Assembly (NCBI GenBank): GCA_002104905.1
Contig: MCFE01000186.1
Span: 1 to 64,000 of the forward strand
Direction of reading: 5' to 3'
DNA: 64,000 bases
Source: Basidiobolus meristosporus CBS 931.73
Taxonomy: Eukaryota; Fungi; Basidiobolomycota
Shown: one piece after another, positions 12,300 through 25,774 of the stretch
Layout of the letters: each line of letters begins with the position of its first letter
Position numbering within the stretch: the stretch's first letter is position 1
Notes under the pieces: generated by a model
What the model was told of the DNA's origin: nothing
Databases searched by the model: none
What the model saw: only the letters and a program-made list of their open reading frames with translations
Program-made: the position numbers and the translations under genes

Positions 12300-14020
12300 C
12301 TTGGCCAACAAATCGCCCACGAATCATGACGTGCAACCTTAACCTCTTCCCCCGGTGCTGAAGCCTTGGGATTGGACCGGAATAAGCATGCTTGCGTTGG
12401 TTGGCATGGCCCTCATATCGACCGAATCTCTCCCTATTTGGCGGGGAATCCCCAGTCTAGCCCGACCACACAGTTACTACATTCTTTCCCAGCAATCCAC
12501 TCAGACGCATGCTTGCTATTCGACCAGATTGGTTTCCCGGTTTGGAAGGCTGGTTGACTGCTGGGAATTGGACCCCAGGAAATCCATCCATCAGTGGAAG
12601 TGGATGTGGCGCACTGGGTCGTTGCCAACCACCAGTGCCACCCAGGATTCATCATACACCGTATTCTCATGTTGGACAATCCGTCAACCAATCTGGCCCG
12701 TGGCTCACTCAACGGACCACCCTATCCACATCTTTCCTCGACACCGAATAGTCCCAAGGCCACCCAAGGGATCCCCAAACCTTTCCAACCTATCTGGAGT
12801 GCGGGTCAACCGAATCCCCCTGGCAAAGGTCAGGTGCGAGGGGATGTTGGCGGAACCCACCTGATGCCAATAAGACGGCTCAAAAACCCATATCCCTACT
12901 ATGGCATACGGACGGCTCTCTGTCGCACAAGCCAGGGTGCCCATTTTGAAACCTGACCACTCGCGCTCCCACCAGCCCCTGGCAGGATAGGGGATTCCCG
13001 GTGGGGGAGGGTTGGAAGCCAGTTGGGATACCGGTTGGAGCCTACATCGACACCCTGTGTGGAGGCGTGTTCAGCGTAAACGAATTATGCCTCTGGGGTG
13101 TATCCACCAACCGAATGTGAGTTTGGCTGGGGAGGACCATGGAGAATTGGAAGCAGGAGTTTGACATCTTCTGGATCCCACCTGGGGGTGCGACTCAATT
13201 TCGAACCGGCTCCATGGGTGGAGATTCGCCAAACAGGAGTGGCCCGACATGGGCTCATCGTGATGGATGGTTGATGGACGGCATTGCGAGATGGGCGCCT
13301 TCCCATAGATCATGGTTGGTAAATCCATGAAGTCGGTATAATGCGCGAGATTGATTCCTCAGCCACATGGTTATGTTGGAATTTCCCGCAGTGGGCACCC
13401 GTATATCCCAATCCTGGACCGGGCCGACGTGGGGGTTTGGGACTGATGGAAGGGATCCGATGACGGTAGAGCACCTGCTGGTAGATCAGGTTGGAATCAA
13501 GTAATCCCGCTTTAGTTTCATCAATTCAGCCCTACATATCGAGGCGGGGCGTTCATGTCCATGATTGGAAGGTCAGAGGAAGAAGCCGCATCTACAGGAT
13601 TTCGTATGCTCTTGTTGTAAGCCAATGATGCGCATGTTCGCGACATGTGAAGATGGAGGTGCTTACATATCATACCCGGTAGGCCAAAGGAGCCATGAGG
13701 TGAAATACACCCACATGGAACCTTGATGCTGCTTTCAACTACGAAGGTGGGCCCCAGCAGGTAGGCTCCGAGCCGATGTTGTCTTGGGGTTTGACTGTGA
13801 TGGGCATGGTGGGTACTGTTGCAGGTTGGGCTGCTTTGCCAAGTCGAATTGGGGCTTGGAGGTGATTTGGTTATGGCAGGTAGGGGATAGGTTTTCGTCG
13901 CGACTGGGGGGGGCAGTGATTTCGTCTGGTTGGGAATGAAGCCCAGGGCCTTCTGCACTCTAGCACACTTGCACCACTCTATAGAAGTGGCCAATATCCA
14001 AGAAGTTAATCGGGGCATTG
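12300..14020 (-). pseudogene. Extremely degenerate Ty3/Gypsy pol relic (protease-RT)
   Basis: Minus strand gives PTFVVESSIKVPCG...FGLPGM (protease F-x-V...LG-x-PW shadow), then RAELMKLKRDYLIPT*STS, then FTNHDLWEGAHLAMPS...AHVGPLLFGESPPMEPVRN*VAPPGGIQKM. The last is a recognisable shadow of RT FSxxDLxxGYHQI...TAF...G..E...MPFGL.NAP..FQ. Confidence 0.5.
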
Positions 14021-14885
14021 TTGGCAGGCTTGGAAGATACCGTATGCTCTGCTGTAGTATTAGACAGGGCCAAGTGGATTTTTTTGAATCCCAATAAATG
14101 AGTGTGCTCTTGCAATTGCTCGTTTAGGACCCAAATCATGATATACCTTTAGTCTTGGTTTGGTAAATTACCGCAATCCAGAGTGTACTCCTACAAATGC
14201 AGCATGTCGATGGTTCGGCACCTAACTACCCACATATCCTAGGTACGGCAATTTCATAGTTACCACATTGAGATTCATTTGCCTGGATCTATTTTCGTGA
14301 GATGTTGACTAATTCTTGGAAATCGGAGTTCCCAAACCATTTGACCTCGCTCAAAAGTCCCCAAGCATCGCGCACCACTGGCCGGAGGTTTCTCTCCAGA
14401 GATTCTTAGCATGGCCATTACAAAGCTATTGTAACCCTCTTGCTCCGGACACTTCAATTCACTGCCAAGTTCCCGTTGCCCCTTTCAACATGAAATAGAC
14501 ATGGTTGATTTCTACTGATCCTTGAAGCTGATGAGGTCACTACCCTCCAGATAATCCTGGGATTTCTCCACAGACACTGGACATTGCACATAGGCACTCA
14601 CGGTCTGGGATCACAAGAACACTCTGGATGAAGGCTCAGATCTATCCAAAACTTCAGAACATGGCACACAGCTTCCAATCACTTTTCTCAAAATAATCCA
14701 ATCTTCAACTGTGCTATTGCCCAGGGTGTGAATGCTCTACTGTTACTTAAGAAGTCTACAAGCAAAAATTGCCTCTGTTGCAATAACTCCAAGCCATCCA
14801 ATACACCAGGCCCCCAGCTTGGCATTCAGGATATGCCATGTATGCTTGCAAAGGTAGCATTGGCACTCCTGTTCCAGGTCCATAT

Positions 14886-15232
14886 TGTTGTAAGAGTTAT
14901 GGAGATATTGGAAGTGATTGGGAGAACAAGTAGATTAGGTGGTTTTCACTTAATGATTTATTAAATGTAAAAGTAGTATTTATACTTTTACATGGTCTTG
15001 GCATAGCAAACATGTAGAATAGGTAAAAAAGGTCCCAAGAACATGTGTGCAAAGTTTGGGGCTGTTTGGGCAACTTAACTAATATTCATGTTCTGGGTAC
15101 TTGATATTTTGGTGAAAATAATCCAAGTAAATCCCAACAAGGAATTTGGTCAGTATTCTCTAGGGTTTGAAGGCAATGATCTAACTGACTAAGTTAGGTG
15201 AGTATTTAGGTGGAATTACAAACTTTATAACA
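14886..15232 (-). repeat. Copia 3' LTR of copy 1 (347 bp, divergent subtype)
   Basis: TG...CA termini adjacent to the PPT. Homologous to the four other LTRs of the family. Confidence 0.93.
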
Positions 15233-18200
15233 CTTCCACTCAGCTAAGTGTACACACTGACTAGTCCTAATTTTGACCTAAGATATTTAAGCTTTTCTCT
15301 AGCCAATAGCTTTGTAAATGAGTCTGCAATGATTTCAACTGCATGACAATTAGCTGAATTAACCAAGTTATTCTCTATAGCTTCACATATGAAATGATAT
15401 CTAATATCTATATGCTTAGTTCCAGCATGAAAAGTTGGATTTCTACCTAATTGTATACATCCTTGATTATCATGAAATAAAGTAATAGGCGTTTTTTGAT
15501 ATAGGCCTAAATCTGTAAAAAGCTTTCTTAACCACATTGCTTCTTTTGTAGCTTCACAGGCTGCCATATACTCTGCCTCTGTGGTGGAAAGTGCTACGGT
15601 TGGTTGCTTTCTTGAATTCCATGAAATTGCTCCTTTACAGTAAAGAAAGGTGTATCCTGTGGTGGATCTTCTGTCTTCTAAATTTTGTCCCCAATCTGCA
15701 TCAGAGTATCCCACAAGATCTTGTTCTGAGTCCTTATAAGTGTATCTTAAGCAAATATCAGCAGTTCCTTTTAGGTATCTAAAAATCCGCTTAACTGCTG
15801 CAATATGATCAGATCCATAATTCTGATTATGTTGGCTGACAACTCCCACTGACTATGAGATATCTGGACGTGTTCCAAGCATGATATACATCAGACTGCC
15901 AACTATAGATTGATAAGAAAAGTCAGGGCTTTCAGATGGCACCAAGCTCTTTTGATTTGGTTAAGTTCTGACCAAGTTAAGGTTTGTCTCCATTGGGGTA
16001 GCTGCCGGATTACAGTCTTCCATTTTGTACTTCTTTAGTATATCTTGAATATACTTGGATTGACTTAGGGTAATAGTCTGGGTACTTCTGTCTATGGAGA
16101 ACTTAATCCCTAAGTAGGTACTAAGTTCTCCTAGATTGGACATCTTGAACTCCTTAGATAGGCTGGATTTAGTTTCTTCCAATGTTTCTAGGTTATTGGC
16201 GGCTATAATAAGATCATCCACATATAGAGCTAATAGAACTGGATTTGCTCTATCTGGCTTATAGTATATACTATAGTCAGCATTACTTCTTATGAAACTC
16301 AATGATTCCAAATAAGAATCTATCTTGCAATTCCAGGCTCTCAGTGATTGTTTGAGACCATATAGTGACTTTTTAAGCTTGCAGACCAAATGGGGGTTAT
16401 CTTGGTCAACAAACCCATCAGGCTGGTCCATATACATGTCCTCATCAAGTTCTCCATTCAAAAATGCAGTTTTTACATCCATTTGATGAATAAAAAACTT
16501 ATATTTGGCTGCAATAGCCAATATTAATATGATGGAAATAAACTTGGCTACCGGTGCAAAGGTCTCAATATAGTCAAGTCCTTTTGTTTGAAAGTATGCT
16601 TTGGCTACAAGTCTTGCTTTGTATCTTTCAATTGTACCATCAGCCTAGTATTTTGTCTTGAAGCCCCATCTGCATCCAATTGATTTTTGGTTGATTGGTA
16701 ATTTGACTAAGACCCAAGTTTGATTTTCCATCAGTGCCTTATATTCCTCAGTCATTGCAGGTCTCCAAAACTTTGTCTGAGAGCTATTTAGGGCCTCTTT
16801 TACAGTCTGGGGCTCATCAATATGGACTGAATAGGCATAGGCTAAGTTTGTACCCTCATTGATATAGTAATTTGGGCTATTTCTTGTCCGATTTGATCTC
16901 CGGGCATTTGATACTGGAATGATCACATCTGGGATATTCCTGGGCACTGATTCTGGCTGAACCATGGTTGTAGAGTCCTCTGGAGTGAAAAAACTTTCAT
17001 TGTTTTGTTCTGATTCAATCCTGACAATTGGTGGACTTGAGATCAAATTTTTGTCATCATCTGATGTCATTTTTTGAGAAAATTTTGAATTTTCATCAAA
17101 CAACACATCCCTGGACTTGATCAGCTTCTTTGCTTTGGTATTGTAGAGTCTGTATGCCTTACTCTCATTGCAGTAGCCCAAAAATATGCATTTTACACTT
17201 TTTGGCTCAAATTTTGACTGATTTCCGGCCAGTTTTTTGGCATATGCTGTACACCCAAATATTTTTAGATGTTCTGCGCTTGGTCTGTATCCATACCATG
17301 CTTCAAATGGAGTAGAATCACAAAGTATTCTGTTATAACTCCTATTTTTAAGATATACAACAGTGGCAACTATTTCCACCCAAAAATCATAGGATAATTT
17401 TTGATCATGGATCATAAATCTTGCCATATGAAATATTGATCTGTTAGCTTGTTCTGCTACTCCATTTTGCTGTGAGGAGTATGGTACAGTAGTCTCTTGC
17501 TTTATCCCATGAATTTTGCAGAAGTGGATGAAGAGTTTTGAGGTATATTCTCCACCATTATCAGAGTGTATTTTCTTGATTTTTTCACCAGTTTCTCTCT
17601 CCACCATGGCTTTAAACTCCCTGAACTTAGACAGAGCTTCTTCCTTTCTCTCCATGAAGTAGACCCATGTGTATCTTGTATAATCATCATTAAAAGTGAT
17701 TAAATACTTCATCCCGCCTAAGGGTAAGTTTTGCATAGGTCCACACAGATCTGAGTGAATTATATCTAATTTTTTCTTAGTTTTGATTAACCCAGAGCTC
17801 TTGAACGGTTGTCTGGCTTGTTTCCCATATATGCAGGTTTCACAGTGCTCCAAATTAGCTGGGGGATCAATTTTCACTCCAGAAATTAGCTGATCTTTGA
17901 TCATTTTAAGCAAATAATCAAAATTGATGTGCCCAAATCTCCTGTGCCAAAGCATTGGTGTTTCTTCATTTAAGTTACTTATATTGGCTTCCAAATATGA
18001 TGGAATAAAAGTCAACTTGTATAGATTCTGATCTCTGATGTCTAAAGCAATATGGGCACCATTTTGATCAGTGATCCTGCATCCAGAATTGTCATAACTG
18101 AAACTGAGTCCCTCTGCTGTGGCCTTGCTTACAGAGAGTAGGTTCTTGGCTATTTCTGATACATAGAGTAATTCTTTAAAGGTCAGTGTATGGCTTCCTT

Positions 18201-19219
18201 CACTGCTTCTAAGGTTTACTTGGATAGTTCCTTCTCCCACTGCATCAAGTGTTCTATTGTCACCCATGAAAACCTTCTTAATTGGAATTTCTTGATATTT
18301 GGTAAAAAGTTCTTTTTGGTGTGTAAAGTGTTGAGAAGCTCCAGAGTCAATATACCATGTCTGAGAATCCTTGTTTGTGGTCATATTTAGTGCAGATATG
18401 AATAGTCTATCTTCAGTTGTTGCAGCATTTCCATATTCAGGCTTCTTTTGCTGATAATCTCTCTTTTTGAGACACTGGTCTGATGTGTGTCCTTTCCTTT
18501 GGCAGTAGTTGCAAAATAGCTTGCTGTTGCCATTGTAGGGTCTTGGGTACCTCCTTTGTTGGTTATCCTTGCTTATTAAAGCATTTTCTTCTTCCTTCTT
18601 ATTGGCGCTTGATTTTCTTAATTCTTCATCCAGGAGCCTTCCATATACGTAATATAAGGTCAAATCTTCAGTTCTGGACTCTAGGGCTGATACAAGGCCC
18701 TGAAACTTGTCTGTCAGGCTATTCAGGATGGTAACTATCACATCCTCATCAGTAGTTGGTACGCCCACAGATTCCATCTCATCTACCAGCAGGGTAATTC
18801 TGTTAATTAGATTTTTCATTTCTTCTCCTGGCAGCATCTTTGTAGTAAAGAATTTTTGTCTCAAGTACATTTTCTTGGCAGCTGAACATGACTGGTAGGT
18901 GTCTTCCAATGCCTTCCAGGCATTCTTTGCCGTTTTTGCTCTTGCGCATTGAATTAGCAATTTGTCCTTGACATTAAGGCAAATGCAGTTAAAGGCACTT
19001 TGTTCTTTCTTCTGGTACTTTAAGGCTTCCTCTCCCACGTTTTTAGAAGGGCATTCTTCTCCCATGACAATATCCCAAAGGCCTCTTTCTTGTAGCAGCA
19101 TCTTCATCTTCAGCTTCCACACTTGGTAGTTAGAGCCATCCAGCTTTTCAGCAGAGGGAAAAATTCCAGTAATAGCAGTAGTAGACATTGCAGAGAGTGA
19201 CAGCTTGGGGCTCATAACC

Positions 19220-19569
19220 TGTTGTAAGAGTCTTGGAGATATTGGAAGTGATTGGGAGGACAAGTATATTATGTGGTTTTCACTTAAAGATTTATTGAAT
19301 GTAAAAGTACTATTTATACTTTGACCTGGTCTTGGCATTACAAACACATAGAATAGGTTAAGGAAGGTCCCAAGAACATGTGTGCAAAGCTTGGGGCTGT
19401 TTGGACAACTTTGAGAATTCTCATGTCCTGGGTACCAGGTATTTTGGTGAAAATATTCCAAGTAAATCCTGACAAGGAATTTTGGTCAGCATTCTCTAGA
19501 ATTTGAAGGTGATGATCTAAGTGACTAAGTTAGGTGAATATTTAGGTGGAAATAAGAATTTTTACAACA
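19220..19569 (-). repeat. Copia 5' LTR of copy 1 (350 bp)
   Basis: TGTTG...CAACA termini, directly followed on the minus strand by the PBS GGTTATGAGCCCC. Confidence 0.95.
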
Positions 19570-21400
19570 GTAGCATTATTTGGCACAAGCAGTAAGCCAC
19601 CATACTACTACCACAAAGCCAACAGATGTATACATCAGGGCAACCAAAACACCATTCAGTCACTTACCATATAGAGTAAACAGATATGTAGGCTGTTTTA
19701 CCATGATAAATAAATGTAGGCTACAAAAGATTCATTACAAGGCCATTTGATTGTTGCCATAAAGCTGTTTAAAACTGTCAAGCATAATCAAATATTAGGT
19801 AGTCTAGACTACAAAACACCAACTCAATTCTATTGGGACCTTGTTAAGAGTGTCAAACACTCCAAGCTGCTATCATTATTGTAGCCCCACTGTATATTCC
19901 TGCCAATTGATCTGGATCAAATTCACCAATAGTACCAAGTTATCTTTCATTGGGTAAGCCACTGGTGACTTTGCAACAAATTTAAAGGAGCCTTTTAGCA
20001 TATATATGGTTTAGGTGTATTCTGAACATTTGTAGGTATTTAGAATACAGAATTTATGCTTTAATAGGCAAATATACTCCATGGTAGACCATTCACCTGC
20101 AAGACTTCTCTAAGTGCTCACAGTGTACCTGATCTGCAACTACCTTACAAAAGTATCAATTTAGTGCTCATATTTGGTAGTGCAATAAGTGATGGTCTGG
20201 CAGTCTATGGATCACTCAAATGCCTCCAGCAGGTGGGTAATATCTACAACTCCATATGACAAGAATTTCAGATGTGGTAAAGCATCAAACATATTATGTG
20301 ATGTTCACCTAATTAGCAGTGTGCTACAAGGTAATATTTATAAGCCTACATTGACATGGTAGATAAGCACATATTACATGTGCCATATTTTAGAGCTTTG
20401 GGCAGCTAAAACAAATACTGTGGATTAGTTGCTCTGTGCTCTAGTCCCTGATGACAGAAAATTAACTAAAGGCTCATTGTTTACCATTTGGATTTCAGCT
20501 AAGTTCCAAGTTTCTCTAAGCTCACAACTCTTAGACCTTCAGTTACTGGCTTCTTCACAGACAAACAGACCATTTATTCTAGGAGGACACTAGGCAAATA
20601 AGCATTGAAATGAAATTGGTAATTAGCTGATCACTATTGGTGCAATGAACTACAAGTGAAAATCTGCAGGAATGACATATAGAGGATGCCAGCCAAATGC
20701 CATATGAGTAACAGCAGAATCCTAGCAGATTGTCACACAAGTTCTTGGTATTAAGCTTTTCATAATTAGGAGAGAATCCTAAGTAACAGTGCCCAAGAGT
20801 GTAGCCAAGATATAATGGGGGATTTGCTCAATGACTCATTGACTGTAAACATAGTTCTTTTACTTTGAAAAATTCCGCCTAAAAGCACCCAAAGCATATT
20901 GATAAAGATTGCAGAAATAGTGTGCAAAGTCTGGGGGACCCTCAAGCTACTATGGGGGCTTTCATGATATGAATGACTATTGTATTTGTGAAGCTTACAA
21001 ATAAATCTTTACAAGAATTTGTGCTAATGCACTCTGGGGTTGGCAGGATATTATTCATGTGACTAAGTTATTTGAATATGCAGATGTACTCACAAAGTTG
21101 GTGAAACACAGGACTTGCAACAAACACAAAGATATCAAGTTGTATCAAGGCACCCACAGTTGCTAGAAGTACTACCTGATACCTCCAGAAGTGACTAGAC
21201 ATCCTTACACTATTGTTATTGATTGAAACTAGAAGGTATATTCTTTCTCTTAAAAGCTGATAGCATTATCTGTGATAATGAGCTTATGCTTCCAGACATT
21301 CATAGTGGCTTGCAATCTGCTCAACATCAAAAAATTTGAAGTCCGCGATTAGCCAATTAAAATGAGCATATAGAGACTTGGTTGAAATGCTGAAATATCT
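19570..21400. repeat. CpG-depleted degenerate repeat-derived sequence, family not assigned
   Basis: Almost no CG dinucleotides and no long ORFs; composition matches the TE nest at 32-64 kb. No diagnostic motif was convincingly found. Confidence 0.45.
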
Positions 21401-24265
21401 CAATAAGGGACTTAGGGAGCTCTAAATACTCTACCAATGTATGGAATCTGGCAAATTTCTCTCTTGCTTAAGTGTGCAATTATATATTGCAGAAAGCCTC
21501 TATTGAGATAAGGGCCATAATATGCAATGCGCGGGGCGACCATGAAACGTCAAACATTTCTACTGTAATGTCATTTTCGCCATTATGGTATTTGTTGTCA
21601 ACAGGCCTGGAAACTTGAATCAGAATGGTCGTTTGTTTGCCAGATCCAAAATGCTCGCGCAGCATATATCTTGAATGGCTGCTGAAATGAGCCAATCAAT
21701 CATGTCCCCAGCGTTGTTGACATGTGGATGCTCTATGCACTGGAGATTCCGTCCAATCAAGACGAAATCAGGCATTATTTCATGTCGCTTACAGCATGGG
21801 GATGGTTAGGTTTGAATGGGATAGAATGGGATAGAATGGGAAAACACTGATCCCAACGTTATGCAGAAACCCTAGCTCTGGGATTGTATTTCTGGGTGCT
21901 TGAGGTGATTTATGATGCATCTACTTAATTCATAAGAATTGGCATTCTTCCACGTACTGTGAACCATCAGATTATACCGTATTGTTGAAGAGCTAATCAA
22001 TGCATCCCATATGGGCACATCAAAACAGGCTCAAGCATGGCAACGTCCAAGCCAGTGTTCCCGTCTGCTTACATACAGCCGTGAAACAACCTTGGTCAGA
22101 TGTGGCATACGAAATAGTTAATCCACACCAAACCCGCAGGAATGCAGCGAAACGTTAATTACATTTGTATGGTGGATTCAATAAAATACTTCGGCATGCA
22201 CACGGGTAATTCTGTGGGTGGTGAGGCTACATCGATTGCCTATTAGAGACATTTGGAATTGATGCTGGACACTTCCATATGGACGTGGGGTGCCCATAAA
22301 AGGGGATTCGAGTATGTACAGCAACGGGATGATTAGCTACCTACGAGCTCATGGTGGAGTGGGGATCAGGTGACACCAGGAAGAATCTGGCGTAACCACT
22401 CCTAATCTCTCAACATATCAGTGCAATCAAGGAAATCAAGTGGGACTGTGACCAAGAGACGTGTCAAATTGATGAGAAGGCGAATAATCATTCATCCACT
22501 GCCATCGGGCAAGAATTGGATCTTTAGGTGCAAATGGCTGTGTAATCTGTGATACGTACTATTTTTTTCGCGGGTCATTTGACAATCCTAACTGCTTATC
22601 GCTGAAACACCACTTCTTTCCCATATGTTTGTTGCTCTATCCCGAACCGGCATCTCCAGCTGTTGGTTGTTTGGGAATACTCGACCGAGTCCAGCCGCTG
22701 GAGATAACTGAATGCGGAGTGCTCGACAATCCCACTCGGAAGATGTATGTCTGCAAAGCTAGCTGGTGACTGGCACTCCAGTAGTTACACTTGGTACGGG
22801 CTTAACGATGGGCATTTATTCTTAAGCTCTAGCTTATGACAACGCATTAGCATGGTTGGTGACGGGTATTAGGAGCATATTTCCAGAATGGTAGATCCCA
22901 GATCATGTACATATATAAGCCCTAGTGTCAATGACGATTAAAGCGTTTTTCCGTAGATTCAGGTTCCATCGTAACGTGAATCTACGATGCGCTTTCAAGG
23001 TTTTCATATGGTTGTGAAGGTTGGTACATAACTCCTGTGATACGGATGACTGATGGATCAGAGACAGACTGTAGGAGTCAACACCGCCGCACATGATGAG
23101 GTCGGATTTTCACTGTCAAGTAGCACCTGATCGGATGGAAAGATGATCTGCCACAGCACATCCAAGGAAAGCCAAGAGCCCACTCCGAAATCTGAAGCTA
23201 ACCAAGCATGCGCAACTTATCGTTCATCGTGGGCCAGGGTGGGATACTTGAGGTTGGAGTAGAACTCAGTGCGAAAGCTCGATGCCCTTCGGATACTAAC
23301 TTCAGCGGAATAGCACGAGTTCATCACAGTCAGGGCGATTTGACACTCAAACCTCCTGATACGCACACCAGATATAGTGTTGGCGGCTAGTGCGTCGACA
23401 TCTCCTCTGCGTGAGGCCGTTTATTGAATGTGCTACTTCGCTTGCCAATCACCATGAATAGAGATTGTGTAATGGTATTGATGAAGCACTGCAAATCATT
23501 CTGGAATGCTAACTCAGGGTCGGAACACTGCTTGTTATTAACGATGCAGGAAGCGCCCTGTTGATGCATGGCTCCGCAAATATCCATAATTGACTATTTG
23601 ATAGGTAGCAATCTATGCGCCAATAGATGAGCCACTTCAAAATAATCTGGCGGGTTTCAATTGTCTCGTACCCACAGCCTCCGGAAATTGGGCAGAGATG
23701 AGTGCTGCAGAAGTACACGTCTTCACTGGCCAAGAAGCTAGCGCTCCCACTGCAGATGACTGCTCATCTCATGAGCACGTCAGAACCGAGTAGGGTGCCC
23801 AAGAATTATGATGTAAGAAAGGATAAAGCCTCACGACTGAACATATTATCCGGCCCTATTACCCGAACATCCATTGCCAAATTAGGCCCCTTCTGCAACT
23901 CTATAACTTGTACCCACTATGCCCACTCTGGTATCCCCTCATTTAAATTGGGCGGTCGATTTGGGCAGTTGATATGTGGATTGGAATTCATTAATCTGCC
24001 TAATCAAATTCATTATTGTTTAATCAATGTGCGACTCCTTCCAGATATAAATTGTCTATAACGGCCGGTGTGCTTTCCCAAGCTTTTTAGCCACCTACTC
24101 TCCAATTTCAAGGTATCCCGGTCTCAACCCGTTCATCAGCGTACCTCGCCAGATTCAGAGTGATCGATCGTTCTTTGAAGTTGGGAAGCCCCAGTCTTTA
24201 GTATATTTGCCTGGTTCGATCCAAGCTCCCTCATCCATATCTTGTGCCCATTTGCGCCCCATCCA

Positions 24266-25639
24266 ATGACTGCAGTCTCGCTGTCCAGAGACACACACCT
24301 CATCCAATCCGGCTTCGTGCCCGGTGACCTTGGCTCTGGCCAGTATCCACCGGTCATGGGGACAGAAAACTCTCGCCACACTGCATACAATCTACAAGAC
24401 GAAGGTCAGTTTGAGGACATGATGGGAAAGCCTATGGCCCGGCCAATCAATGCTGCCATAATCAATTCCAATGTGAACGGCTCAGTGACTTCTTTGGGAA
24501 GTTCTCCTTCTACAAACAGCACTCGTAGTAAATTATCGTTTGTGGAGAAGTATGTTTCACCCGCAAAAAAGATGTTCAGCAATCGGGAGAGTAGTAGCGG
24601 GCCGGTAAGGAGCGCTGATCGAACACACTCGACGAAGAATGAGCCATACAGCCCCGCGTTTACGGATCATTGCACATGCCAGCCCACAAAGTACGGCCGT
24701 CTCAATGGTCCCATCCTTGGCAAAGGGGCCTGGGGAATAGTCAAAATCATTGAAAGAAGATCGGATGGGAAGTCGTTTGCTGTAAGTAAATCCTTGAAGT
24801 TCGATACTGTCCGAGTGCAGAGTGAGCTGACCAGTCCCTAGGTTAAAAAATTCCGCAACCGTGAATCCAATGAAACCCCTCGCCACTACGTCAAGACAAT
24901 ATTGGCCGAGTACACCATTGCCTCTCTGCTACACCACCCGTATATCATTGAGACTCTGGACTTCATAGTGCAGGATGGCCACTACCATCAGATCATGGAA
25001 TATTGCCCAACTGATCTTTTTACCGCCCTCGTCGGCCGTAAAAGCAATATCAGTCCCGAGAAAATCGGGATTTGGTTCAAGCAGGTGGTACTGGCAGTGG
25101 CATACATGCACCAGATTGGCGTGGTTCATCGTGACATCAAGGGCGAGAACATTCTTCTGGACGCCGAAGACAACGTGAAGCTTATCGACTTTGGCTTGGC
25201 GGATGTCTACAAGACTGCCTTCGAGAGCACTCCTCGGCCCAGCAAGGGCAAGAGTGGATCATGTAAGCTAACCCTAAGTCTCCCCACACCATCTTGCTGG
25301 GAATCTCCATATTTACGGTTTTGTTTAGCACCCTACATCGCTCCTGAGGTCCATCTCAACCCCCAAAGTTATGATGGCAGAAAGGTGGACTCCTGGTCCT
25401 TAGGCATTTTGTGTATCACTATGCATCTGGGCGTGTTTCCCTGGGAAAGTGCCGACTCCACGGATCAAAACTACGCAGGCTACCTTACGCGCAAGAATTG
25501 CCTGGACCGCTCAATACTCAACAAATTAACCCCGGACAAGTCTTCTCTTGTCCACCGACTTCTGGACCCAAACCCCGAGAGTAGGATGAGCGTGGCGGAG
25601 GCACTCGAACATGAGGCACTAAGAAATATAGTAGTCTAG
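24266..25639 (+). CDS. Ser/Thr protein kinase of the fungal NPR/HAL (Hrk1/Sat4/Npr1-like) group, 3 exons
   Basis: Exons 24266-24781, 24842-25262 and 25329-25639. Motifs: LGKGAWGIV, FA|VKKFR, LAEYTIASLLHHPYII, HRDIKGEN, DFG, GS|SPYIAPE, DSWSLG. A Ser-rich N-terminal extension is typical of this group. Confidence 0.92.
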
Positions 25640-25774
25640 AGACTGCCGAGTCCGAGACGCACCGGATGCGTCCAGCGCTAAGATTATGTATTTTAAGCCC
25701 GATATTCCTACTTGGTTCACTGTAAATTTACCATAAAGCATTCGAATTCTACCACACAGTTGATATATATTGTG

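Larger units (their letters stand above)
14886..19569 (-). mobile_element. Ty1/Copia LTR retrotransposon, copy 1; full-length but inactivated and chimeric
   Basis: 5' LTR 19220-19569, 3' LTR 14886-15232, PBS GGTTATGAGCCCC, PPT GCTGAGTGGAAG. Gag (KLDGSNYQVW; CCHC CNYCQRKGHTSDQC), protease (WYIDSGASQH), integrase (HSDLCGP, HSDNGGEY, QNGVAE), RT (DVKTAFLNG, YVDD) and RNase H (GYSDADW, TKHID) occur in Copia order. Premature stop at 16645-16647 and frameshift near 15960. No TSD (CATAT vs GTAGC). Confidence 0.97.

Noticed and set aside
15591-18898. Short ORFs repeated at several loci (MLRLVAFLNSMK..., MLWYCRVCMP..., MSVRLFRMVT..., MIIQDTHG...)
   Set aside because: They are antisense or alternate-frame by-products of Copia gag-pol and recur only because the element is repeated.
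14850-19590. GTAGCATT present ~30 bp left of the Copia copy 1 3' LTR and immediately right of its 5' LTR
   Set aside because: It is not adjacent to the LTR on the left, so it is not a TSD. An 8-bp match in AT-rich DNA can be chance.
21814-21840. GAATGGGATA x2.7 mini-repeat, and the CA-rich run at ~11860-11880
   Set aside because: Ordinary short slippage repeats with no further structure.
21500-24100. ORFs of 60-120 aa in the long intergenic region upstream of the kinase
   Set aside because: No recognisable domains or consistent splice structure; most start at non-ATG codons.
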